Shown: positions 24,839-35,408 of the stretch, one piece after another
Layout of the letters: each line of letters begins with the position of its first letter
How positions within the stretch are numbered: position 1 is the first letter of the stretch
DNA from: Paraspadella gotoi
Taxonomy: Eukaryota; Animalia; Chaetognatha
Length of the DNA: 64,000 bases
Assembly (NCBI GenBank): GCA_051294375.1
Contig: CM119264.1
Location: 29,066,204-29,130,203, forward strand
Direction: 5' to 3'
Notes under the pieces: model-generated
The model's database searches: none
What the model was told of the DNA's origin: nothing
What the model saw: only the letters and a program-made list of their open reading frames with translations
Position numbers and translations under genes: made by a program

Positions 24839-26685
24839 AAATCACGAAAGTGCATTTTCGTTATTGCACGAGCGGCGTCAAGGCCCAAAATCCGACGCGA
24901 AGTCCCTGTCGCATGCCGAGCATGGGGCGGGGTCTTCTTTGAAACCACTACCTTTCTTTTCTTGCCTATCGCTTTGGTTTTTGACATCACAGGGATTTGT
25001 TGCGTCTCCGACACATGAGATGGCGATGAATCCAAGGGCTGCTGCTTCATGGCCTTCGCAGGTGGTCCCGTCAGGTCGGAATTAGCGTGTTCATCGACCT
25101 GAGGAGAGGAAGCAGGCTGGGCAGCGGCAACCATCGTGGGTGGAGGCATCAACTCGTCGACCTGGACTGCGGGAAATGAAGATACAACAAGCTCGTTGAC
25201 GTCGATGGCTGAATCGTCCTCGACAAACACGATATCAATCTTCTTCCCCGTACGGATCTCCTTTAACTTAATGATGGCTATCTGTTTCTTCAACCGACGA
25301 ACCATTTCGTTCTTTTCAGCGTCGGTTATATGCATTTTGAAGAAGGTTTCGCATTCGTTGAGTGCGGCAATGCCAGTTTCTTCTCGCTTACTACGTGGCT
25401 TATTGTCCTCGTACGCCTTCGCAATGTCGAGAATGCAGCTGTTGATTGGGAAGGCGGCGTCGCCGATTTCTCGCGCAAGGGTGCCTGGACGAAATCCAAG
25501 CATTCCCAACAGGAATGTGACGGCATCCCGAGATGCTCGTGCGTCGAGTGCAGCATAGGAGAGTTGGCGATGGGACAATGAGGTACGTTCTTCTGCGAAG
25601 TCGGATCGATGATCTCTATGGAAGCTTCTTTTATCCAGAAAACGATCCTGGAACACGAAATTGAAGAAGTACGCCAATGAGACCTGGAAATCCTTCACCC
25701 ATTGGCCTGTTTGGACGAAACGACGAAGTTCGCAGGGGCCTTCAGCAAGGCTCTGACAGAAGCCATAAAGGTCTGTTACCTCAAGGTATTTTATCCTTTC
25801 TGCCTGGAGGGAGAGTTTTTCGCATAACTCTAACATGTCATCCTTAACGTTCTTTCCAGTAAATATGACTCTCTCATGCAGCAGAATTTCGCGCAAAAAC
25901 TTTGGGACACCATCGCACAGGCAAGATTTACCGACTGACGACTTTAACTGGTAAACGACATTCAGTTCATCATTACCGACTTTAGCCGACAATTGGACAG
26001 TCGCTGCGCTCCCTTCTGTGTCGAATCCCATGATTATCGGGCGATCGGTCTTGGTAAGGAACGTGTCGAAGCACGCACCTACCTTTTTGTCGTCGCCATG
26101 ACTTCGGACATGAATAATACTCGACGAGGACATACTCTCAAGTTTGAGGATTTTCTGCATCTCCTCGAATTCGTAGTCTTGATAACGAGTTTTATCGGTC
26201 GTAATTGTAGGTGGCACGTTGTTTTTCAACGGCGGAATGTCGTCGATATTCACCGACAGCTCTCTAAGATCGACATTATCCGGCACCATGATCTTCCGCA
26301 CTTCTGCATCCAGCGTTGAGGTGACTACCGGAATGGAAGATGAGGGGAGAATGAATGAGATCTCAGGGCCGGCCAACTCGTCGTTTTCTCGGATCTGCGG
26401 CGGTAGGACAGCAGGAAATCCAGGAGGATTTTCCTGAGGCGGCAGAGCAGCAGGAAATCTGGGAAGATTTTCCGCTGATGGAGTTTCTTCGCGAGGCTCA
26501 CGAGCCAGGGCGTACAGACACTGCGTAGTTGTCTTTCTCTTGCCCATGTTTGCACAACACTTTAAACTGTATCTGAGTAAAATGTTCAAAGAAGGATTAG
26601 TTAGATTAAATAGCTCATATCTCATAAATAAGAAATCACTAACAGCAGAACCTAACAAGCTATAAAGCATTGGTTTATAAGCCAA
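24748..26685 (-). CDS. Accessory ORF encoding a DEDDy 3'-5' exonuclease (WRN/EXD2/Mut-7-like domain)
   Basis: 645-codon ORF with ExoI IMGFDTEG...VQLS (D-T-E at 26022-26014), ExoII ILLHERVIFTGKNVKDD (25842-25837) and ExoIII LSHRQLSYAALDA (Y 25557, D 25545). The true start may be MGKRK at 26548. Confidence 0.88.
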   Translation of the reverse strand: MAYKPMLYSLLGSAVSDFLFMRYELFNLTNPSLNILLRYSLKCCANMGKRKTTTQCLYALAREPREETPSAENLPRFPAALPPQENPPGFPAVLPPQIRENDELAGPEISFILPSSSIPVVTSTLDAEVRKIMVPDNVDLRELSVNIDDIPPLKNNVPPTITTDKTRYQDYEFEEMQKILKLESMSSSSIIHVRSHGDDKKVGACFDTFLTKTDRPIIMGFDTEGSAATVQLSAKVGNDELNVVYQLKSSVGKSCLCDGVPKFLREILLHERVIFTGKNVKDDMLELCEKLSLQAERIKYLEVTDLYGFCQSLAEGPCELRRFVQTGQWVKDFQVSLAYFFNFVFQDRFLDKRSFHRDHRSDFAEERTSLSHRQLSYAALDARASRDAVTFLLGMLGFRPGTLAREIGDAAFPINSCILDIAKAYEDNKPRSKREETGIAALNECETFFKMHITDAEKNEMVRRLKKQIAIIKLKEIRTGKKIDIVFVEDDSAIDVNELVVSSFPAVQVDELMPPPTMVAAAQPASSPQVDEHANSDLTGPPAKAMKQQPLDSSPSHVSETQQIPVMSKTKAIGKKRKVVVSKKTPPHARHATGTSRRILGLDAARAITKMHFRDFHQFLKSFSAPFTITLKRSKNGPISSVICP

Positions 26686-27695
26686 GACAAAACGAGTAAA
26701 AGGGATAGAAAGCCTGCAGGACTTTAGTTTTTAATTCGCATTAATTATTCTATAAGCACTTACAAATAATTCATACTTCAGCAAAAGAAATAAAGAAAAA
26801 AAAACAGAAAAACATTCATACCAAACATACATATAGAGGTAAGATTCCTGTTTCATTTAGCTCACTTGGCCAATGTTGTAGTTGTTTCGAGATTCGCAAA
26901 TTAGCTTGGTTTTGAGCTTATGACGTATTGACTGGATCCAATCCTATAGGGTTTGATGCTAAAATCATATCTACTCTGTCTTAATCTAGAGCTAAAACTA
27001 TGTCTGTGATTATGGAATATCTATAGAACTGTTTAAACTATATTCACGTTACTCCTTGTTTTTGGGAGTACTTGCTAGCAAAGGGGTTTGCTTAAGTTTT
27101 GATCTGATTCTCTCACTTCTTCTTGAAGTCATGATTTCGGAACTACCTGATTCAGGTATCCTTTGTGACATTCTTTCTACTAATGGGTGGGGTGGGGGTT
27201 GTGTCATCCTTATGGCTATTCGGTTGTATAAATTTTCTTGTGTAATAATTCCTCCATTCACGAGATCGTTTTCGGTGAAGGGGGAGAAAACTTCGTCAAA
27301 TGATCCTGTTCGGTTTCTTGAGGAATCAATAGTAATTGTTTCCTGAGAATCGATAATTATTGTTTCAGAAGCGTTTCTAATCTTATTCATAGCATTGAGA
27401 ATAGTTTGACTGCTTCTCCAGTACTTTTGTTTTAGCTTTTTGTCCTATTTCCAATATTGGTGTAAGAGGTAGAACGTCTTTTAGCATGAGCTAACCTACG
27501 TTTCGGCATCCTTCTACATGGTTTTGGCGTTTCTTCATCTTTCATTTGAGTAGTGTAGCTTACTTCAAAAGTATTATATTCAGGATCGTCCAAAGGTACG
27601 GCTTCTGGTGCAGGATCCATAACTTGTTCCGGTTCCTCAGGCAGAAAACCCACGTAACCTTGCTGTTGCAGCTCGAAGGGCTTGCACAGTAAAGG

Positions 27696-28293
27696 AGTAG
27701 TGAAAGTTACTATACGAAAATCTAAAAGTCAATTATCGAACAACATACCATCATGAACATTAAGTTGTAAAAAAAATTAATTTTATGTTTTTTAATTTTC
27801 GCAGTAGGCTATATTATAATATACTGTATCCTTATAAAATCGAAAAATTTCAAAATGGGGCTTTTCCTAATTTTGATTGCAGATTTGAATTCCTCGATCA
27901 AAAGTTGATAAAAGAAAATATAATCATTTTTAAAAATTCTTTGCATTAATGGGTTAAAAATTAAAAAATATATTTAATATATAAAAAGTTAATTTTCAGC
28001 TTAAAATATAGCTTTTTCTAATTTTTGACCCACATTAATGAAGGAACTTTTCAAAAAAGAGTTATATTTCTTTATATCAACTTTTTTATACGAATCCAAA
28101 TCTGCAAAAAAAATCTTAGAAAAAACTGTTTTGAAATTTTAACATTTATTGGTTTAGTACTAGGTATAAAATATGCCTACTGCGTAAATTGTAAAATTAT
28201 TTAATATAAATTTTTTTTATACATAAATGTTCTAAGTATAATGTTGTCTCTCACTTTTAGAATTTAATTAAAGTGAACTTAGGAATTTACTAA
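27696..28293. mobile_element. ~600-bp AT-rich foldback/MITE-like element nested in the pol C-terminal tail
   Basis: Arms symmetric about ~27992: CGCAGTAGGC (27800-27809)/GCCTACTGCG (28175-28184) and AAAAGTTGATA (27900-27910)/TATCAACTTTT (28075-28085). Shares aaaagttgataaaag.aaatataa with the 5146-5170 palindrome. Confidence 0.8.
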
Positions 28294-28418
28294 CGCGCTT
28301 ATTGCCACAGCATCCTCCAGGTTTTCTGGAGGGGAAAATCTCGGTCTCTGTCGGTTGAGTTGTAACTTCAGCAGATGGCTCCGGTGGTATAGGAACATCT
28401 GAGCTCGTGTTTGATGCG

Positions 28419-29520
28419 TTATAACTGCGAACCAACTGACTGGTAATTTAACTTCTTCTTTTGGAAGTGGAATTTCATTAGTTCATTATATTTTGCATTA
28501 ACGATTTTCAATTGTTCCCGATTTCTACGCACTTTCTTTCCAATGTAGTCTTCACAAACATAGGAGGTTCCAGGACCTCCTCTGGGATTAGTGCATCTTT
28601 CTTTAACGGTTAACGGACCACGCCATCTTGGCTCCAGTTTATTACGCCTTTCCTCTGGGACTCGTTCATACACTCTGTCTCCAACTTCAAGGTGAGAGTC
28701 TTTCGCTTTTCTATTGTAGTACTCTCCTTCTTTTGTTCTTCTTTCCTTCTCTTTTGATGAAGCTTCTTCTTTAACTTGTTCCACCTTCTTCGCATATTTT
28801 GGACATACTCGTTCAGGTCCCGTGTTTAACTTTAACTTCGCCACCAATCGATAATTGTGGCAAAGGAGGTGGTCTTCCAAAGAAGACAAGAAGGGTGTCA
28901 TATCATTTTTTGCAATTGGTGTGGTGTTGTAGATCCATTCGACATAAGGCAAATGATCTGTCCAAGACTTGCCATACTGTTGAAGGCGTTTGGTAAGATC
29001 TTTTATGAGAGTTCGGTTTTGTCTCTCAACATTGCCTTGAGATTGTGGTCGTAAGCGACACTTGTTCTTTTCTTTGTGCCGAGGACCTTACATGTAGCGT
29101 CCATCACTTCAGAGACAAACTCTCCACCATTATCTGATGTCAAGCGTTTAGGCGGGCCTGCGAAGCAGACTAGATTTCCGAACGCTTTCGCAATGCCAAT
29201 TGAATTTTTGTTTTTAAGTTTGTACAATTTGATATATCCAGAAAACACATCTTTGAATACCAAAACGTGTTTGAAGTTTCCAGGGGCAACTGGCAGTTGC
29301 ACCCAATCGCAGATCATCGGTCAAACACGTTATCGCAATTATAGGTTGTAACATTGTTTTGACCTTTGGTTGCGGTTCTCGTAATTTGTCACAAATTGCA
29401 CAATTTCTGGTAAATTCTGAAACATCTCGGCCAATAGTGGGCCAGATTGCATATCGTTTTATTTTATCTTGCATCCTGGATTGCTTGGATGTCCAGACAT
29501 CATAGAACCATGAGAATCCT
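28419..29520 (-). CDS. Integrase domain fragments (HHCC, DDE core, GPY/F-like)
   Basis: HGSMMSGH...CAIC zinc finger, core ICDWVQLP...FKDVFSGY...LTSDNGGEF, and KLEPRWRGPLTV. Confidence 0.92.
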
Positions 29521-29859
29521 GAAGAACTTCTTGTACAAGGCTGTCGGGTAATACAGCCTGCAGCACAGGAGAATGAATACCTTTATTGAAGCCTTTGCGC
29601 GTACAAAGCACCTTTGAGCATGATGAATCTGTTAAAATTTCTCAAAAACCACTTTTCAGGAAATGATTTTGGGTCTTCTTCTCATCCTGACAAATTCCAT
29701 AACCTCAGAAATGATAGAATCGGCTTCTTGCTTCTGTTTCAAACGAGAGCTTTCGGCATTAAGCGTGACAACATTAGATTCATCTATCGCATCAATGCCT
29801 AAAAGAGCCCATTCGTTGTCATATACTCCTTGTGCGTAATCGTCTTCCTCGCAAGGGTC

Positions 29860-30250
29860 TTCTCTTTCTTCACCTCTCCTGCTCATTGCATCTGCATCAG
29901 AATGTATTTTGCCTTGTTTATGTAGGAGCTCGAATTCATATTGATCAAGCTCGATAGCCCATCTGGTCCTTCTTCCAGTAGCGTCCTTCTTAGATCTACC
30001 TTCTTCCAAGAAAGTAAAAGCCTATGGTCTGTTATTGCGATAAATTGCGCATGTCTCAAATAATGAGAATTGGCGCGAATCGCACATAAAAGAGCAAAAA
30101 ATTCTCGATCATAGGTGGACCATTTTTGTTGAGGTTTTGACAATTTCTTTGAACCATAAGAAATGACCTTTTCTTTTCCATCTATCTTCTGGGTTAGAAC
30201 ATAGCCAACAGCCAGGAGAGAGCATCACTTTTAATAATAAAGGGTTTTTC
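29860..30250 (-). CDS. RNase H domain fragments (Ty3/Gypsy type)
   Basis: PFIIKSDA...VGYVLTQ...SKPQQKWSTYDREFFALLCAI...FIAITDH...RWAIELDQYEFELLHKQGKIHSDADAMSR. Confidence 0.92.
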
Positions 30251-30417
30251 AAAATTAGGATAAGACATGATTTGATCTGAGATCAAAATATGTCTGAGTT
30301 GTTCAAATGCTTTTTGATGTACATCTTTCCAAGACCATTCAACACCATCATGGGTAAGGTCTGAGAGTGGTTGAGCAATTTTACTGTAATCTTTAACATA
30401 ATGGCGATAGTATCCCG

Positions 30418-31130
30418 TTAAGCCAAGGAATGTTTTAAGGCGTTTGACGTCTTCAGGGCTTTCCATGAACGGATTTTTTCCACATTGGCAGGATCTGGGG
30501 CTATTCCGTCTCGAGAAAGTTTATGTCCAAGACATACCACAGTCTCCTGCGCAAATTTGCACTTTGAAGGGTTGAGCTTAAGCCCAGCACCTTCCAAGGC
30601 AGTCAGCACCTGATCCAAGTGTTTGAGGTGATCCTCCATGTTTGTGTCTGCAACCAGAATATCATCCATGTAACTGATGATATGTTTGTGGGGCAACCCA
30701 CGCAGCACGAGCTGCATGAGTGAGCTAAGGCAGCTTGGGGAATTTTTAGCACCCATTGGGGCAACTTGATACTCCAAATGCATTGATTCGGTTGAGAAAG
30801 CAAAAAATTTGCGGTCGTCGGGTGAATAGGGATTTGCCAGAAACCTTTGGTTAAGTCCAGAGATGTGAAGATTTTAGGGTTGTCGAGGCGCTGAATTGAG
30901 TCTTCAATCCTTGGCAACGGATAGACAACCTTATTGCATCTTTCGTTCACTCTTCTAAAATCGGTGAGAAATCTCCAACCACCAGACTTCATTTTAACTA
31001 ACAAGATAGGAGCTGAATACGGCTGGTTGAATGACTAATAAGTCCGTCAGCAATCATCTCGAATGCTTGTTTGTTGATCACATCACGCATCTCTGGTCTT
31101 GTACGGTATGGGGCGACAGCAATGGGTGGA
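30418..31130 (-). CDS. Reverse transcriptase domain fragments
   Basis: LVKMKSGGWRFLTDFRRVN...YPLPRIED...LDLTKGFWQI, then PMGAKNSP...YMDDILV...LKLNPSKCKF...LGH. Confidence 0.96.
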
Positions 31131-31859
31131 GCATCTCTATCTTTGAGATAGCTCGGTATTGTATTAGATTTGTCCTCCATAATCCCTGTTATGTTTAGGA
31201 AATGCTTTCTCGTGCTTTACTTCCAAAAGATGTTTGAGTCTGTCTTTATAGGGGAGAGCCTCCTTAGCCATGTTTTTGTATTCAATAGACAACTCTTTGG
31301 CGCCTGGTGGAATATTATCTTCCACTTTTGGTGAAGCTTTGGGTGAAGCTTCTGCTTTTCTTTTAACAGAATCCTGAGGAGGATCCACTTCAACCTCTTC
31401 AAGTTGTTTTCGATTCCAGATTGCTCATCTTCGCCAGATTCATAGGCGGAGTCTCCACTTGAGTAAGAGCAGAGCATATCAGTTTCCAAAGAAAAATTGT
31501 CAAACGTCTCATCATCCGTAAATTCGGCATAACCAAGGATATGTCCAGCCTCCAGTTTCATACTGACTGGACCACAATTGATGAGTTCAGTCATGAATCT
31601 GCCCTCATCAACGTAGGCACATGCTCTACAAGCCCACACGTGACCTCCATGATTGAGAAATGGGTCAGTGACAATTGTTTTTGTCGCTCGTGGGGCATGA
31701 TCACTGTCAAGCTTAAGTTCGGCATCGAGATGAATCTTGGATAAGGCCGGGATAACCGTGTCTTCCGGGCACTTGTAAAGCATCCAGAAATCGATGAGGA
31801 TTCCTCTATTAATGAGACGACTGGTTTCCGAGAAACCTGAGTCGTCCTTCAGAAGGGCA

Positions 31860-32130
31860 CAAGATGCTGAATATTTACAGAAAAAGTCCCAGCCAAGAAT
31901 AATGGCTGACTAGGCCTTTACTACTCTACATTCATTCTAAGGTAGTATTATCTATTCTAAACTTTACTTAACTATGCCAACTGTAAGTAACACGAGTTCC
32001 ATATGGCTTTGCCCTTAGAGGAAAAGGGGCGAAAGCTCGATCTTAATGCGGATTGTCTCTTAAGAATTCTCACTAATGCAACTTTTAGTACACCGGTATC
32101 GTAGGTGGCGACTTTTCCATCATTTTTATC
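31860..32130 (-). CDS. Aspartic protease domain (frameshifted)
   Basis: GAT ACC GGT (D-T-G) at 32100-32092, followed after an indel by TKSCISE, and later ILGWDF. Confidence 0.8.
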
Positions 32131-32209
32131 AAAAACTCGCTTTCCATTTAGGTTTACGTCTAGGTCTCATCAATTTCGATCTCTGCTTGACCCATAGCAG
32201 GATCGCTCC

Positions 32210-33370
32210 TTAGTTTTCCGATGACGTTTCGGATGGAGGAGGTTCTTCTTTGCCTTTTTGGCTTTCCTCCGATCACTCAGAATTGCCTGACGCTCTTCTT
32301 CACTTTGGTTTTCACCCTGTCTTCATCTGAAGTGTTGCTGTACGATATCTGTCACGATTACGATCTATCGATCGTCTTCGATATTCGATTCCCTTCGATA
32401 ATCCTGTCGGTCACTCGCGCATCGCGAGGCCATTGCGATCGCGATCCCGTACCGGTATAGCGACGATTTCTGTTCAGCGGCCATAATTATCACGGCTGCG
32501 ACTGTCACGACTATCGTAGCTACTGCTATCCCTATAACCACTTCTTTCCCAAGATCGATGACTTTCACGACCACGTCGGTTGTCTCGACTACTAGAATTA
32601 GAAGAAACAGAGGAGTCGCGGGGCCTAGGAGAATAGTCTCTACTACCACGATCTCTATCCCTATCTTCTCTTCTCCTACGATCTTGCTTGAGGTCCGAAG
32701 CTAGGTTCTCGAATTTTGTAGACAAACCAGCGACGGCACGCTCGACTTCAGCAAGGCGGTCGTCCGACATGGCAGCTCCAGTAAAGGCTACAGATCTTTC
32801 AGGTTTTGATACACCAGAATCCTCTTCCTGAGTGATTTGAACACGCAGGGCGATACTTTTCGCTGCATTAATTGTGCGTGAATCCTCATTACAGCCTAAG
32901 TCAATAGCATCCCGGTAGGGCTTAGGCAGAGCTCTCCGGAATCTGAAGAACAGCTCCCGGGCTCTCGCATCTGCACCTAAATCCTTTTCGTATTTGTTGA
33001 CTTTCTTAATAATCCTTGCAGCCAAATGATGCATGGACTCTTTGCCATCCCATTCAACTGTAGATTTCTTGGCTTGCCAACGGTATGCCTCTTGAGGATC
33101 ATTTAATAAGGTAATCATTTTGGCTTTAACTTGAGCATAAGTTCTGTCAGAGATCATTTTAAAGACCTCACGAGCTGAATCGTCCAGCTTCAAGGGCAGC
33201 CAATGAAGGCATAATTCATGTTTTCTATCTTCGGAAGCGGCTGATGTAGCCAAAGCAACAGCTTTCTCAAAGAGCTCTATCCATTCCTCGAAATCATCGT
33301 TCTCAGAATCAAACTTGTCCACAGGAAGGGACGAAGCTGCTTTCTCACGATTGGTAATAGCAGTGGCCAT
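32210..33370 (-). CDS. gag: Gag-like protein
   Basis: 298-aa ORF (32474-33370) with VDKFDSENDDFEEWIELFEKA...LPLKLDDSA, typical of a retrotransposon capsid, and an R/D/S-rich tail. After apparent indels it probably ends ...SETSSEN* (TCG GAA AAC TAA, stop at 32212-32210). No CCHC knuckle seen. Confidence 0.85.
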
Positions 33371-33487
33371 ATTAAGGGTTTACAAAAATAATAAGTAAGT
33401 GGCAAAAATCAAAGCAAACAGAAACAATCAAAGGCAAACAGGAACAATCAAAGGCAAAATTAATGTGTTTTGAAGGGAAAAGGTCAC

Positions 33488-34399
33488 TTAAGCTCTGTCA
33501 AACAGAGGATGAGTCATAGGGAAATCTGTAATGTCATATGAAAGGAGTGAGAGTGTCTTGGGCGGACCCTCGGTAATTATGTAAGGCAACATCTCATGAA
33601 GGTAGTTTGCATATTGGGCATAAAGCGACTCGGTACTTCTTATGATGTAATTGTTAATTTCCAAACGAGTTTTGGGGTGATCAAAGAAAGCAGGGCCCAA
33701 TTTTGAGCTAAAGGACCTAAAGATTTCAGAGTTATTTAGGGTAAAGGTGTTAGATTCCAAATCAGCCTCAGGATGATCAAAAAGAGAAACACTCGATCTT
33801 GAGACACAAACTGAGCAAGATACACTTTGTATGAAACTTTTAGGGCAACAATAGGTTTCCACTTGTCGAAGAAAGTGTTCAGTCACCTGGCTGACACGAT
33901 AATCCAATTCGTAGACAGGGATATTGCAGCTGAAAGTTATGTCATCGAGATTGACCTCAAATGAAGTAATTTTGAAGTCAGGATAAAGAGGGATGTGTTT
34001 CTCGATAAAATCAATCAACTCTCCATCTGGTTGACGCAATTTAGCATAATGATCAACCCAATCGCATTTGATTCCACTATCCAAGACCCACTGGTTATAA
34101 AGTTGTACTTGGTCGTCAAATGGTCCTCTATGTGCGAGGGGAATGTTATTTAGCGTTTTCTCTAAATATTCATAAAATCTATTTTCGCATTGAATCGCAC
34201 GTGAAATTTGAGGTTGGGTCCGGGCTTGTGCTTTTTCTCGTTGAACCCCAACAGCAAGGGTTTGTAAATCTACCAAGTATTCTCTCGCTTTCCTAAGAGG
34301 ATCAGCCAAATCGGCTAAAAACTCATTGGCTTTTTCTTCTTCCTCTTTGGCTTTTCTTGCGTTCTTCTTTCGTCTCTTGATCTTATCTTTTCTTCCCAT
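33488..34399 (-). CDS. Accessory ORF upstream of gag, unknown function (~303 aa from ATG 34399; frame open to 34480)
   Basis: Uninterrupted ORF of normal composition inside the LTR boundaries, same strand as gag, with a basic N-terminus MGRKDKIKRRKKNARKAK. Confidence 0.75.
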   Translation of the reverse strand: MGRKDKIKRRKKNARKAKEEEEKANEFLADLADPLRKAREYLVDLQTLAVGVQREKAQARTQPQISRAIQCENRFYEYLEKTLNNIPLAHRGPFDDQVQLYNQWVLDSGIKCDWVDHYAKLRQPDGELIDFIEKHIPLYPDFKITSFEVNLDDITFSCNIPVYELDYRVSQVTEHFLRQVETYCCPKSFIQSVSCSVCVSRSSVSLFDHPEADLESNTFTLNNSEIFRSFSSKLGPAFFDHPKTRLEINNYIIRSTESLYAQYANYLHEMLPYIITEGPPKTLSLLSYDITDFPMTHPLFDRA

Positions 34400-35397
34400 T
34401 TTTATACATGTCGAAGAGCAGTGAACGAAGTCACTCTCGAATTGCAAAGTGATGAAGTACAAAAGGTAAAATTTTGGCAATGCACGATTTAGTATTCCAA
34501 AAATAACATAAAAATAGCAAAGATTTTTGTGAGAGAAGGCGATTAAACGTTCGCAAAGGAGATAAATATTTGTAGAAAATAAAAGTTGTAAAATGTTTTT
34601 ATAAAATGATTGTAGAAAGATATAAAAGTTTGTATGTTATAAAAACAGTTCATAAAATGACAGAGGTGTCAAGAATATAGGTTCAGCACTTCTTGCATCG
34701 AAGAGAAATTGAATTAAAAGACACCAATCGTCCATGGAACTTCCAGACGGTGTAAAATCCGTTGTCCTGATCCGCCAGGGGCCAGTCAAGCCAACCCCTT
34801 TCTTGTCCTTGGGAAGTGGGTGAAATCGACTCGCAAGGATGTTCCACAGAGACTTTGGAGTGAAAAATAATATATGGAATATGGGGTATTCGGGAAGCAC
34901 CGTGCTATATGTAGAGGCGGACTTGCAAATAGAGCGGTGGAGTCGTGCCACATGAAGAGATGGCTGGCCAAGCCAACCTCTTCCGACTTCTTAAGAAGGG
35001 ACGTCTGTTGAGCCTGTAGTCAAGTTATCCAATAATACCACGCGACAAAGTGTTACTGGCAATCGCAGAGGCCTGCCGTCTCTACAACGTCGAAGCGTTG
35101 GACTGCGCAAGGACACCCCAAAAGGCCAACCAAGTCTCAAGCGCCAGCAGATATCTGGCTCCAGGACAAGGCTCGGTCGAAATCACGAGGAAAAATGATA
35201 TTGAGATGAAAAGAACCAAATAACTTCACAGTCTCAGCTGAACACAAGGCTATCAAAACAGCAGGACTGCTGATGGTGAACAGTCTCAATCCACAGTGCC
35301 TCAGAGTTGACCCGAAAGATTGGGTAACGAAGCACGCTTCAGAGAAAGTAAGCGTGTGAACTGTCGACGGTGGGTACTCCACAAAAAGTGGATAGGA

Positions 35398-35407
35398 CGA
35401 TGCACCA
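35398..35407 (-). promoter_or_regulatory. Primer binding site, tRNA-Gly(GCC)-like
   Basis: Minus strand TGGTGCATCG, 1 nt from the 5' LTR end, is complementary to the ...CGAUGCACCA 3' end of invertebrate tRNA-Gly(GCC). Confidence 0.75.
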
Positions 35408-35408
35408 C

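Larger units (their letters stand above)
27049..32220 (-). pseudogene. pol: pol polyprotein (PR-RT-RNase H-IN plus low-complexity C-terminal tail), fragmented by many 1-bp indels and one insertion
   Basis: Consecutive overlapping ORF fragments carry all Gypsy pol motifs in order. The frameshifts may be sequencing errors. Confidence 0.92.

Noticed and set aside
23549-26685. Interpretation of the post-pol ORF as an env gene
   Set aside because: No C-terminal transmembrane anchor or fusion-protein features are evident, and exonuclease motifs are present instead.
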